From the IMG/VR virus record IMGVR_UViG_3300028800_000001, positions 62,001 to 126,000 of that record: a stretch of 64,000 nucleotides of DNA. The stretch is one strand, 5' to 3'. The notes under the pieces were generated by a model. That model did not search any database, was not told the DNA's origin, and worked only from the letters and a program-made list of their open reading frames with translations. Position numbers and translations under genes: made by a program. Positions 18,784-27,922 of the stretch are shown one piece after another. The number at the start of each line of letters is the position of its first letter. Position 1 is the first letter of the stretch.

Positions 18784-19547
18784 GCGTCATCCCCATTCTC
18801 AGCTTCCGTGTAGCCAGCCACAAACAACGCCTCTTCACGACTATTGCCAAAGCCCATAAAGCGTGCATAGTCAACGGTAGTAAAACCTTCATGACGCTCT
18901 CGTGCCCCCAGGACTCCCAGACGATAGCCCTCGACCTGTACCGGATGACTGTGCTCTAAGGCGTAAGCCGCAACCAGTTCACAGGTATCACACTCACACC
19001 CATCACTGTCGTCAAAGAACTCTTCTTTGGTATCTTCGTTCACCAGAAAATCATTACAGGCGCAGCAGATCAGGCGTTCAACACCATCACTGTCCAGCGT
19101 CAGCGTCGTCACCGGTTGTTTTTCTTTCAGACATCCTTTGTGAAACACGTCGCCATCTTTTGTCTCCACGCCAAGCTCTAAACAATCCACATGGGCGTAA
19201 AAGCCACGAAAGTGATCATAATGCCCAGCATTGATATCAGTTTCAGGATCAAATCCTTCGTTGCAGAAGGGACAAATTGACTCGTAAACCGCGTGGCATT
19301 CACACTCTGGTGGGCACAAACGGCTCGTACATAATGGGCAATAGCGGGTGTGTAAGTAAAAATCGTGGCACCCCTCTAGAATTAGTTCTAGAGGTTCTTT
19401 TTGTCGATCAGGCACCTCTTTGCGCTCAATCTTTTTGACAAAATCAGTGAGATCTTCGTCCTCCATGCGAAAGTATTCTTTGAAGGCACAGCGCAGGCAG
19501 ATGACATCGTTATCAGCGATGACCGCTCGTGGCGTTCCGTAAGACAT
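18780..19547 (-). CDS. Cys-rich, probably zinc-binding protein
   Basis: Multiple CxxC/HxxC pairs; first gene after P4. Confidence 0.75.
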   Translation of the reverse strand: MSYGTPRAVIADNDVICLRCAFKEYFRMEDEDLTDFVKKIERKEVPDRQKEPLELILEGCHDFYLHTRYCPLCTSRLCPPECECHAVYESICPFCNEGFDPETDINAGHYDHFRGFYAHVDCLELGVETKDGDVFHKGCLKEKQPVTTLTLDSDGVERLICCACNDFLVNEDTKEEFFDDSDGCECDTCELVAAYALEHSHPVQVEGYRLGVLGARERHEGFTTVDYARFMGFGNSREEALFVAGYTEAENGDDA

Positions 19548-19576
19548 AGTAGTTTTTCCTTTCAGTACTTTACGTA

Positions 19577-19631
19577 AGTATACCGCTCTCCAGTTACGGC
19601 GTCAAGAAAATATTCATCGTATTTTCAGAAA
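19577..19631 (-). promoter_or_regulatory. promoter module P4
   Basis: TTTCTGAAAATAC...TTGACG-N17-TATACT. Confidence 0.85.
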
Positions 19632-19727
19632 TAAAAACGCGTGAGAAGAACGAGAGTTTTGAGACAGTGAATGTATCATCTCTTGCGCCTGAGAAGGTGC
19701 TACGCCCCTCTCCTCGCGTTTGCGTGG

Positions 19728-19940
19728 CTATTTTGCGGCTTTCTTCAGAAGCTCTTCGCGTGTTGCTTCGTCCAGAAAAAGGTAACAGGTGGATTGCTCA
19801 AAAGTGACATGGGCAATCCAGAAACGTGAGATGCTTTCGATCTTGCCCATCTGCACGCCCCAAAGCGTTTGAACCGGAAGCAAAAGCGGCAACGCCTTGT
19901 TGAGTTTTCGTAGTTGAAATGACTTTTTTAGCAGGTTCAA
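19728..19940 (-). CDS. hypothetical protein
   Basis: AGGTGAG SD, TTG start. Confidence 0.6.
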   Translation of the reverse strand: MNLLKKSFQLRKLNKALPLLLPVQTLWGVQMGKIESISRFWIAHVTFEQSTCYLFLDEATREELLKKAAK

Positions 19941-20057
19941 AACTCACCTAAATTTTCTTATAAAACCCTGATTTCTGAGGAATATAGCTTATAGAGCGCT
20001 GAAAAAAAGAAAAGAGTATATATAATATAACTATTACTTACTCTTCTATCTCTCTTC

Positions 20058-20591
20058 TTACTCTTGTTCCTCATACCCCTCTTGCCAGGGTCCGTCCTCT
20101 GGAAGATCACGCGTTGGAAACACAGACTGATACCACTCACGTGCCGGTACCCAATCACTATAGTCTCCATCGCTACTTACTTCACTCTTGGGAAAGTGGT
20201 GTTTGAGTAAGATCAAGACCGCGCATACTAAGAGATCATAAGGAAGTCGCCGCGTCTTACAAAAACTAAAGTAGCCACCCCTTTCTTTTGGTTCCCAGGT
20301 TTCAGGATGGTGCCAGCGATCCAGGCGAAAGGTCTCACAGGCCATGCGGTCATCCTCCCCTTTCACCTGCTGGTGCTGGTTGCCGTTGAAACCAATGGTA
20401 TCGTCGTTTAGTTCTGGTTCCCCTGTTCCATCCCAACCACGTATCTCTATGGCGGTATCGTTGTGATAACCTCCTGCGCTCTCGCTGTGTGCAGGAAGAC
20501 GTTGTAGTAAAAGACGTGTGTCGTTGACCAAACATAAAAAATCTGCCTTTTTTAGACGTGTGGGTCGTCGCCAATAATGAGTATAGCCGAT
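20058..20591 (-). CDS. conserved phage protein (MGYTHYW family) with ATC start
   Basis: GAGGAGG SD then ATC GGC TAT ACT CAT TAT TGG in frame; FCKTRRLPYD, SSDG motifs. Confidence 0.75.
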   Translation of the reverse strand: MGYTHYWRRPTRLKKADFLCLVNDTRLLLQRLPAHSESAGGYHNDTAIEIRGWDGTGEPELNDDTIGFNGNQHQQVKGEDDRMACETFRLDRWHHPETWEPKERGGYFSFCKTRRLPYDLLVCAVLILLKHHFPKSEVSSDGDYSDWVPAREWYQSVFPTRDLPEDGPWQEGYEEQE

Positions 20592-20658
20592 GGTAGTACC
20601 CTCCTCACGCGCTCATGCGTGATAAATCTAGAAGAGAACATCTTTGTCCTCTTTCTAA

Positions 20659-21075
20659 CTAGTCCATATATCCAATAAGTATCCAGCTCGCCGGATAGCT
20701 TTGTGCCACGCCAATGTCAAAGAAGAAGGACGCCAGATGATCATCGCACTCTTTGGTATCGCCAAATTCCGGTATTGCTTCGTAGGCAAAACTCTTGGCG
20801 CTGGTGGCATACTCTTTAGCGGTAAGAACATCAACTCCGCTGTAGCCAACAGTAAGCAGACTAACCTTATGGCGCTCCTGCTCCTCTTGAAAGCGCTCTT
20901 CAAAAGAGCGGTAGTCATCTCCCTCTTCTTCTAGCTCTTCGCTTTCTTTCTCTGGCTCTTCTAGTTTTTCGTTTCTGCGCTTTTCGTCAGCCTCTTCAAT
21001 GGCTGAAAACAAGGCTTCGGTTTCATCATCACGCAAGTACCCATAGATCAAATGTGCATTACAATACACGCCCAT
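20659..21075 (-). CDS. acidic hypothetical protein
   Basis: MGVYCNAHLIYG start. Confidence 0.75.
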   Translation of the reverse strand: MGVYCNAHLIYGYLRDDETEALFSAIEEADEKRRNEKLEEPEKESEELEEEGDDYRSFEERFQEEQERHKVSLLTVGYSGVDVLTAKEYATSAKSFAYEAIPEFGDTKECDDHLASFFFDIGVAQSYPASWILIGYMD

Positions 21076-21248
21076 TATTTTTGCTCTCTTTCTGGATGCA
21101 GGAATGCATCTACTTCTGCATCAAACTTCTTTCTGCGCCATCTATTTACGGCGTACGCGAGAAATGGCGTAATACAACTGAACGCCAGGACACCAAGGAT
21201 AAGCCACCCATACCAGTCGGGGTAATGCACAAGAACTACCTGTACCAT
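21075..21248 (-). CDS. small membrane protein (57 aa, not in ORF track)
   Basis: TAATG overlaps on both sides; one TM segment. Confidence 0.65.
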   Translation of the reverse strand: MVQVVLVHYPDWYGWLILGVLAFSCITPFLAYAVNRWRRKKFDAEVDAFLHPEREQK

Positions 21249-21586
21249 TACACTTCTCCTTGCGCTAAAGCGCGTAACCAGCGCTCAAAATGCGTCAGTT
21301 GTAATTCAGCCGCCTCACGACTTACGAAAAGTGTTTGCTGTCCTGGGAAGACGCGACTAATTGCGGTCGGTCGGTTTTGCCCCTCGTCATTCTCACGTAC
21401 ACCAACCACCTCCCAACGATATTTCTTGGAAAAGACCGCGCCATCAATCTTGACGCGATATCGTCCATATTCCTGTCGTAACGCCGCAAGCTCCTCAAGA
21501 CTAAAAGACGGCTGATGCGCCGTTAAGGGGAGATTACCCATCACAAACGCGGTTGCGCTCTCGTTTACGTGTTCGTCCATTTTCAT
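21248..21586 (-). CDS. hypothetical protein
   Basis: ORF tiling. Confidence 0.7.
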   Translation of the reverse strand: MKMDEHVNESATAFVMGNLPLTAHQPSFSLEELAALRQEYGRYRVKIDGAVFSKKYRWEVVGVRENDEGQNRPTAISRVFPGQQTLFVSREAAELQLTHFERWLRALAQGEV

Positions 21587-21642
21587 TTTCTTTCCAGCTT
21601 GAGAAAGTTACTTTTTGTTCGCTTTCTCAAGCTGTTGATTAC

Positions 21643-22128
21643 CTACCAGCTTGAATGATAATAATAGGATGCATCGCTATCTGATAGCGCACCCTCAAGA
21701 ATCCCTTTGGTGAGTTTTAGATCGTCAAGGTAGTATGAGTCATACTCTGTGCTTCCAAAGAAGAAACCAGAGCTCGTTGGAAGAAGTTCTTGCGCTATTG
21801 CAGCAGTAACAACTGTCTCACCTTGTAGCGCTGAATTCTCAAGGATGGTATTGACTGCTTGAAGAAGCTCTTTTAGCTCTTCTTCGCTCACATAGTAGTA
21901 ACCACAATCATCATTGCCGTCTTGAACATGATCAACAAACCATTGGTGAACGGCATTCGCCTTCCTCCAGTATCCTGCTTCCTCAACAATAAAGGTGATC
22001 TTTTTTGGATCAATCGAAGAAACAGGCTTCCCACCTTTGGTAACAGTCACGAGCGTACGATCCTCTGGTTTAAGAAAATCCCAATTCTTCACGTACGTTC
22101 TCTTCTCTAGATACATATCGAGTCCCAT
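21643..22128 (-). CDS. conserved phage protein, MGLDMYL family
   Basis: MGLDMYL, YWRKANAVHQWFV, LLPTSSGFFFGSTEYD, YYHSSW. Confidence 0.85.
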   Translation of the reverse strand: MGLDMYLEKRTYVKNWDFLKPEDRTLVTVTKGGKPVSSIDPKKITFIVEEAGYWRKANAVHQWFVDHVQDGNDDCGYYYVSEEELKELLQAVNTILENSALQGETVVTAAIAQELLPTSSGFFFGSTEYDSYYLDDLKLTKGILEGALSDSDASYYYHSSW

Positions 22129-22147
22129 TATTTACTCTCCCTTTCTT

Positions 22148-22489
22148 TTAACATGCTACTGCTTCCTCTTGCGCAACAGCGCGCCAAAGCGCAGCTTTGC
22201 GATCATACACAACTGGCTTCATTTCACGCCTGTGGTGGATAAAACCCATGAGCACGCCTTGCTCCATATAGGGCTTGTGTACCGTCATACGATCATTCTT
22301 GCGCACATCATGCAGCGCCTCCACATTCACTGATTGCGTCACGAGCTTTCTACATTCCAGCTCTGCGACTTCATGAATATATTGATTTGTATAGCGTTTG
22401 AGTGCGCGCTGTGCGTCCTCGCGATAAAAGTAGTTTTCTTTACACATGTATCCTGTTTTTAAGTTCATAATTTTATAGACTATGATCAA
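22148..22489 (-). CDS. hypothetical protein
   Basis: ORF tiling. Confidence 0.7.
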   Translation of the reverse strand: MIIVYKIMNLKTGYMCKENYFYREDAQRALKRYTNQYIHEVAELECRKLVTQSVNVEALHDVRKNDRMTVHKPYMEQGVLMGFIHHRREMKPVVYDRKAALWRAVAQEEAVAC

Positions 22490-22888
22490 TCATCTCACCC
22501 CCTTTCTATAGGTTTGAATATAATCATCAACAAAACTTACTTTCTGGTCAACATACAAAAGAAGATCACGACACGCGGCAACGATATGCACAGTGGTTTC
22601 ACCCAGCGAATCGTTTTTCCTGGCTTCATCAAAGTACCTTGCGATAGCTTCCCTCTCTATTTCGCCATCTCCCTTTCTTGCCAACAAGAGTATTGTTCCT
22701 CTCGTGAAAAACAAAATGTCTCCTGCCAGAAACTCCATCGTCATTGCCCTTATCGGCAACACCAGGGGAAGCGAAGAGTAATACCATTGTTCCTTCAATG
22801 ATTTGGTGTAACAGGTGTATCCTGCTTTGCGTATACGTTCTGCCCAAAGTTCGCCTCCAGGCAGGAACCAACATCTATCAGTCCTCAT
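22490..22888 (-). CDS. hypothetical protein
   Basis: ORF tiling. Confidence 0.7.
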   Translation of the reverse strand: MRTDRCWFLPGGELWAERIRKAGYTCYTKSLKEQWYYSSLPLVLPIRAMTMEFLAGDILFFTRGTILLLARKGDGEIEREAIARYFDEARKNDSLGETTVHIVAACRDLLLYVDQKVSFVDDYIQTYRKGVR

Positions 22889-23331
22889 ATCGTTCTCTCC
22901 TCGCGCACTTCTACCAAGCGCAGCGTTGTAATCTTCGTCTCAGGATTGAGTCGAATTGCTTTGCTATAGTTTTCTAGAATGTACTCGTCGGCTGTTGCCA
23001 CTGGCACATTGATCATATCCAACACTTGCTCGTTACGATCCAGCATGAGCAAAATGCGTCGCTTCTCAGGCTGTATTCCTGTCCAAACCAACGGGAAACT
23101 ACGCTGGACTCCATCGACTGACATCACGCCAACGGTTTGCCCGTGACGCGGAGTATGATCAAGAGGCCAGATACTTACGGTTGCAGGAACGTCAAGCAAA
23201 AGCGAAACAGTGCGGCCAAACTCTTTTGGTGTGATATAGATTGGATCGCGTGTTGTTTCGTCATCGAAGCCAATCTCAGGATATTCTTTCGCCAGCGCAA
23301 TGAGTATTTTTCGTAAAGTAGTATTAGGCAT
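22885..23331 (-). CDS. hypothetical protein
   Basis: AAGGAG SD before MPNTTL. Confidence 0.75.
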   Translation of the reverse strand: MPNTTLRKILIALAKEYPEIGFDDETTRDPIYITPKEFGRTVSLLLDVPATVSIWPLDHTPRHGQTVGVMSVDGVQRSFPLVWTGIQPEKRRILLMLDRNEQVLDMINVPVATADEYILENYSKAIRLNPETKITTLRLVEVREERTI

Positions 23332-24577
23332 GTTGTCTCCTTGCAAACCCAAAATCGCGTTGCAGCAGTTGCGCAACCGCGTAAGGGGTAATATCTTTTT
23401 CTTTAGTAAGCTTTTGAAAAAACTTTCTATAATCATCTAAAAACTGGAAATCTTGTTGGCGCATTTCAAGCTTCATCGTGATTTCTCCATCGTCAAACTG
23501 ATACCAGGAAAAGTCAAAGCGTACAAACTCTTCCCCATTTTCACCAGTCACCGTGACCTCAATTCCATCAATCCAGGTGGAGTAATAATTTTGTTTGACG
23601 CTTTTAATAATATCAAAGTGCACGTCTTGCGCAGCCCAGTGAAAAGAGCGTCCAATTTGTTTAGGGAGCACCCCATCGTAGCCAAGGGGAAGTTTCCCGT
23701 AGATGCGGTTCCCATCGGTATAAATGTCCACCGCATAAGAGACACCAGAATAGAGTTGCTCGTTGTAGCGCACGATTTTCCAGGCATACGCATTGGCGGT
23801 AATCGATTGCGCTCCCTCTGCGGTAAGTATTCCAATACACGCTGGAAAATCAATAATGCCTCCTGAGCCAAGAGGAAGTAGGATTCCAGTTTTGCGAAAC
23901 ATATCTGGATGTGCTACTTCATACGCAATGTCATCGCCCCTATTTTGGTAGTACACACGCTGGCCTGCCAGCTTTGGATAGCCAAGTTTGTCAGCTCCAG
24001 CTTTGGTGAGCATTCCCTGTTTTGTCTCCGGTTCCGGTTCCTTCGGGTTCACCAGTGCAAAGCGCCCAAAGGAAAGCCCCACTTCAAGCGTCCCTAACTC
24101 TAACGATATACTATCGTCTTCTGAGCACTGCGCAATCAGCTCCATCACGCTTGAACTGTCTTTGTCCGTGTGCTCAACCCAGGCGCGCTGATCATAAGAG
24201 GAATGAAAGACTCTGAGCTGTCTGCCACCGAGCATATCACGCGAAAATGCATCAGCAACTCTGCGCACCAACTTCTCACTAAACATGCGTTGGCCGTTCA
24301 CATAATCAACACCAAAGTTGACCTCTTCGCCTTGAAAGTTTTGATGTATGCGTTCTTTCATATCAGTTGAAGCGTCAAAGAACGCGCCCCGAAATTGCGC
24401 AAGTATTTTCTCAACTTGCGCTTCTGCGGGTCCGTCTGTCCAGGTGACATCGATACTTGAGCCCCCTGCATACTTGTTCGTTTTTACGCTAAAAAAGCGC
24501 CCCGATAGTTTCGGGAACGCTTCTTTTAAGGCTGCTCGCAGCGCCTTAGCGGTGTCTGTAGTCGTTATATATCGCAT
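23324..24577 (-). CDS. LPD29-like domain protein
   Basis: TDTAKALRAALKEAFP..FSVK..YAGGSSIDVTWTDGP..FDASTD. Confidence 0.75.
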   Translation of the reverse strand: MRYITTTDTAKALRAALKEAFPKLSGRFFSVKTNKYAGGSSIDVTWTDGPAEAQVEKILAQFRGAFFDASTDMKERIHQNFQGEEVNFGVDYVNGQRMFSEKLVRRVADAFSRDMLGGRQLRVFHSSYDQRAWVEHTDKDSSSVMELIAQCSEDDSISLELGTLEVGLSFGRFALVNPKEPEPETKQGMLTKAGADKLGYPKLAGQRVYYQNRGDDIAYEVAHPDMFRKTGILLPLGSGGIIDFPACIGILTAEGAQSITANAYAWKIVRYNEQLYSGVSYAVDIYTDGNRIYGKLPLGYDGVLPKQIGRSFHWAAQDVHFDIIKSVKQNYYSTWIDGIEVTVTGENGEEFVRFDFSWYQFDDGEITMKLEMRQQDFQFLDDYRKFFQKLTKEKDITPYAVAQLLQRDFGFARRQHA

Positions 24578-24807
24578 AATTTCTTTGCCCCATACCCACT
24601 ACGTATTTCGATCATCTGAAGAAGAGCAACGACGGTTGCCTTTCCCGCAGTCGTTGGCAGCAATTTGAAATCTTGTACCGACTCTACTGCCCAATACTGT
24701 GCCTCACGGCCTTCGCCTTCACTATACACACGACCTTCCAGATTATTCACCCACTCTGCAATTTCTTGTGCGGTCATTTCGGTCTTTGAAGCATGTGCTT
24801 TTTTCAT
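24565..24807 (-). CDS. hypothetical protein
   Basis: GAGGAG SD before MKKAHA, first gene after P5. Confidence 0.7.
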   Translation of the reverse strand: MKKAHASKTEMTAQEIAEWVNNLEGRVYSEGEGREAQYWAVESVQDFKLLPTTAGKATVVALLQMIEIRSGYGAKKLCDI

Positions 24808-24850
24808 CGTTTTTCTCCTCAAATAACTTTCGTTTATTTCTTCTAGAGGA

Positions 24851-24904
24851 AGTATACCTGAGCGGAGAAAAAACGTCAAGGGTTATTTCTCTGTATTTTC
24901 AGAA
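24851..24904 (-). promoter_or_regulatory. promoter module P5
   Basis: TTCTGAAAATAC...TTGACG-N17-TATACT. Confidence 0.85.
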
Positions 24905-25023
24905 GGTCTTTGTTCGGGAAGCTGATCTGATTGTTCTAATTTGTCGAGCAATCTACGCAGAGCGCGTAGTGCCTGGGGATCGCAAATGCTTTTGATATAG
25001 GCTTGCAGTTCTTCTTCGGTCAT
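24883..25023 (-). CDS. small protein (46 aa, not in ORF track)
   Basis: AAGGAG SD; MTEEELQAY...PSENTEK; stop inside P5. Confidence 0.65.
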   Translation of the reverse strand: MTEEELQAYIKSICDPQALRALRRLLDKLEQSDQLPEQRPSENTEK

Positions 25024-25042
25024 CTCTTTTTCTCCTTTCTTC

Positions 25043-25399
25043 TTATAAGAATTCTGGCTTGCTTGACCAGAACATAATAGCGGGACTGTAGGGACCGATC
25101 ACCAGCGGTTGCACGCGCCCATCATCGCGCTTGAGTAAAAAGGTAGCCGCTTGTCCACGAATACCGGTACGAAAGCGTCGGTAGTAGAGCGTTGTCTTTC
25201 CACCGCTTTGCCGGTCAATAGCGGCCATGAACTTTTGTATCCACGCGTTGAAGTCATCGTTATTTTGATTGAACAACAGCGAGAATGCCTCAAAGATACG
25301 ATCCTCTGAGATACCTGCAAACAGGGGCTCTTGAAATTCGGCAAGGCTTTGCGCTGCCAGGGCAAACACATCTTCATAATCGCTTAGTTCTTCTCTCAT
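25043..25399 (-). CDS. hypothetical protein
   Basis: ATGA overlap. Confidence 0.7.
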   Translation of the reverse strand: MREELSDYEDVFALAAQSLAEFQEPLFAGISEDRIFEAFSLLFNQNNDDFNAWIQKFMAAIDRQSGGKTTLYYRRFRTGIRGQAATFLLKRDDGRVQPLVIGPYSPAIMFWSSKPEFL

Positions 25400-25743
25400 G
25401 CCTCTTCTCCTTCAAAAAACGAATCAAGTAGTAACGTAAAAAACTTCTTGTTGTTGTCAGCGACATCCATCCGCTCTAGTATCAGCGTTTCACTACTCAA
25501 TTTTCTGCCAGCAATCACGCCAATAGGAACGCCTTTTGTCTCTGAATCTGGCGGATATAAAAGTATCCAGAACTCTTTTTCAAGCTCCACGATAAAATCG
25601 AGAGCCGCAATAACTTGCGCGAAATCAGCATTATCGCATGCTACAAAGTGTCCTTCTGCTGCGCGACTATCCAGCCGAAAGGTATAGTCGCTCGCGAACA
25701 CGTGACTTGCCGATCTTAGACCTGACGCAGTTCTCGCTTTCAT
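25396..25743 (-). CDS. hypothetical protein
   Basis: GGGAG SD before MKART. Confidence 0.7.
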   Translation of the reverse strand: MKARTASGLRSASHVFASDYTFRLDSRAAEGHFVACDNADFAQVIAALDFIVELEKEFWILLYPPDSETKGVPIGVIAGRKLSSETLILERMDVADNNKKFFTLLLDSFFEGEEA

Positions 25744-25744
25744 T

Positions 25745-26137
25745 TTAGTAATCTCCCTGAAAAAACTCAAAGAGAAGATTATAGATTCTTTCACGTAGCA
25801 TACTCTGCATACTTACGGTCTCAATCATGATTGTGTAAGGATTTCTTTTTTCAAGTAGCAGCGCGCCAAGCGCGTTCTTATACAGCTTTCCTAGCATTAC
25901 CTCTTCTCGCCAAACATGTAGCGAGAACACATCACCGACCGAAACACCAAAATCTATTACTGAGATGACTTCCCCAAAGTCCATGCGCTCACCCAAGACG
26001 ATAGCGCCCACACTTATCTCAAAGCCATACGTCTCTGGAAATTGCTCACTCGCCTTCGCCAGATTCTCACTCGTTCTCTCCAGCAACGGCTTCCTCCTCC
26101 CATATGAGCCCCATACGTACTGAGGTATCGTACTCAT
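25745..26137 (-). CDS. hypothetical protein (start uncertain)
   Basis: ORF tiling. Confidence 0.6.
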   Translation of the reverse strand: MSTIPQYVWGSYGRRKPLLERTSENLAKASEQFPETYGFEISVGAIVLGERMDFGEVISVIDFGVSVGDVFSLHVWREEVMLGKLYKNALGALLLEKRNPYTIMIETVSMQSMLRERIYNLLFEFFQGDY

Positions 26138-26801
26138 CGCGTGGCATCCAGGTCGTTGTTGCAGGGCTGAGCACCGCAAGCAGTTCATCCGTTTCTCTGT
26201 CGTGAATGCGTAGCACAATTTCGTTTTCAGCCACGCCCACTACGTCAAAGCGGCACCTGTTATCCTGTTTCCAGAGCCCATACTCTGCTAGCAGCGTGCA
26301 AGAAACCCCAAAGAGATAGACGCACTTACCATGCTCTTCGTCTTCGAAGTCAAAATGGACATACTGAATCTGATCGCCTTTTTTATCCACTCGCGCTAGT
26401 GAAGAACACTCGATTGTACCACCAACCAGCTTTTCATCATCTTTTGTCTGAGTGGCAGCGCGCTGCCAGAGCGAACGCACCTTGTGAATTTCCATATACT
26501 TTTCGTCCACTGGCGTTTGAACAATATTAAACACCCAACATACAAGCGTGACATTACTGGCGATGCGCTTGCTCAAAAAGTTCCCAAGCCAGCCATCTTT
26601 CCAGGCTTCCTCATAGTGCACTTTAAATGCGCATTTGGAATCTTCGCAGTAAATGATGCAGTCGAAGCTTTCCAGGTCATCGCTCAGACGCTCCGTGACA
26701 TGCGTCTCTTTGCTGTAGATATGCCCATGTTGCGGATCATTTGTCGGACAAAGCATATCTGCAATATGCGCCGCAATGCAGTGTTTTTGTTGCGAGTCCA
26801 T
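26067..26801 (-). CDS. hypothetical protein
   Basis: AAGGAG SD. Confidence 0.8.
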   Translation of the reverse strand: MDSQQKHCIAAHIADMLCPTNDPQHGHIYSKETHVTERLSDDLESFDCIIYCEDSKCAFKVHYEEAWKDGWLGNFLSKRIASNVTLVCWVFNIVQTPVDEKYMEIHKVRSLWQRAATQTKDDEKLVGGTIECSSLARVDKKGDQIQYVHFDFEDEEHGKCVYLFGVSCTLLAEYGLWKQDNRCRFDVVGVAENEIVLRIHDRETDELLAVLSPATTTWMPRDEYDTSVRMGLIWEEEAVAGENE

Positions 26802-26825
26802 ACCTTCTCCTTAAAAAAGGACAGA

Positions 26826-27104
26826 TTAGAGCCTGTCCCATATGATAAATGTTGAAATAAGCGCTTTAATGAGCAGCCGCTCAGCCCGTGGATCGCTCCA
26901 ACTATTCCCTTTTCTCCACAAGATATTACCCTCTTGTTGCGTAAAACTATAGCCACCAAGAAAGTTCTCCTGATCAGCTTTGCGCACATAGATAGTGAGT
27001 TCCTGATGTGCGCCGCTTTGAAGCTGGTTGATAATTTCTGCAATCGTAGCACCTGTTAAAACGCGTTGCTGGTTGTTTTTGAGATCAAATCGATAGTTTC
27101 TCAT
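26826..27104 (-). CDS. hypothetical protein
   Basis: AGGAG SD. Confidence 0.7.
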   Translation of the reverse strand: MRNYRFDLKNNQQRVLTGATIAEIINQLQSGAHQELTIYVRKADQENFLGGYSFTQQEGNILWRKGNSWSDPRAERLLIKALISTFIIWDRL

Positions 27105-27116
27105 CTTTATTCTCCT

Positions 27117-27151
27117 AAAAAATAAAGGGAAGGGCTTGCGCCGCTTCCCCT
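27117..27151 (-). terminator. intrinsic terminator
   Basis: GGGAAGCGGC-GCAA-GCCCTTCCC then TTTATTTTTT. Confidence 0.75.
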
Positions 27152-27157
27152 GGTGAA

Positions 27158-27823
27158 TTAATGAACTTTCTTAATGCACTCGCTTCCGTACCCTCGATTG
27201 AGCGAGACCGGATTAGTGAGCATCCGGTTGCAGCGTCGGCAGTTTCCGCTCTCGCTTGCGTAGAGGATACCAGCGGCTTCTGCGTTCTCACCGTCCAGCA
27301 GATAATTGACGGCTGCGATCTCCTGCTGGTACAGCGCGTAGCGTTTCCACACCGCAAGTTTGTTTCCGTTTAAGAATGCGAACGTTTGATAGCTCTTCTC
27401 GTTGGTGTTATCGGTGCCCAGGAACACGGCGACCATCTGCTTCCCTTCGCCAAAACGCCCCTGCTTACCGGTGAAGATGCGGAAGGTCTTATGACGCTGC
27501 TCACCGTCGAAATCGAAGACCACCGTGTAATAGCCGTCGTGTAAAGCGGGTGCGACTGGTGCCTGCGGAGCGCTCGCTGCGGTAACGCGTGCCATTCTGG
27601 CGTCTTTTTCTTTTTGCAAGAGATTCGCGGTGAACGCTGCGGTTGCGGCGAGTGACGCTTTATAATCGTGGCATTTCTGCGACAGATTATGCGCAATTTT
27701 ATGCTCTGTCGGATAGTAGAGAACCGGATCACCAGCCGCGATCTTTTGTCCACAAAATTTACAGGTACCAGCGTACAACGCGTTAATTTGTTTGAAAGCC
27801 GGAAGCGTTTTCGAAGTGATCAT
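27158..27823 (-). CDS. DUF6011-like zinc-finger protein
   Basis: YAGTCKFCG N-terminus; CRRCNRMLTNPVSLNRGYGSEC C-terminus. Confidence 0.75.
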   Translation of the reverse strand: MITSKTLPAFKQINALYAGTCKFCGQKIAAGDPVLYYPTEHKIAHNLSQKCHDYKASLAATAAFTANLLQKEKDARMARVTAASAPQAPVAPALHDGYYTVVFDFDGEQRHKTFRIFTGKQGRFGEGKQMVAVFLGTDNTNEKSYQTFAFLNGNKLAVWKRYALYQQEIAAVNYLLDGENAEAAGILYASESGNCRRCNRMLTNPVSLNRGYGSECIKKVH

Positions 27824-27867
27824 TTTTTCTTTCTCCTTGAATGTTTTCGTTTATTTCTTATACACGA

Positions 27868-27922
27868 ATGATACGTCATTCAAGGAGAAACGTCAAGTGT
27901 TTTTTCTATGAATATTCAGAAA
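27868..27922 (-). promoter_or_regulatory. promoter module P6
   Basis: TTTCTGAATATTC...TTGACG-N17-TATCAT. Confidence 0.8.
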
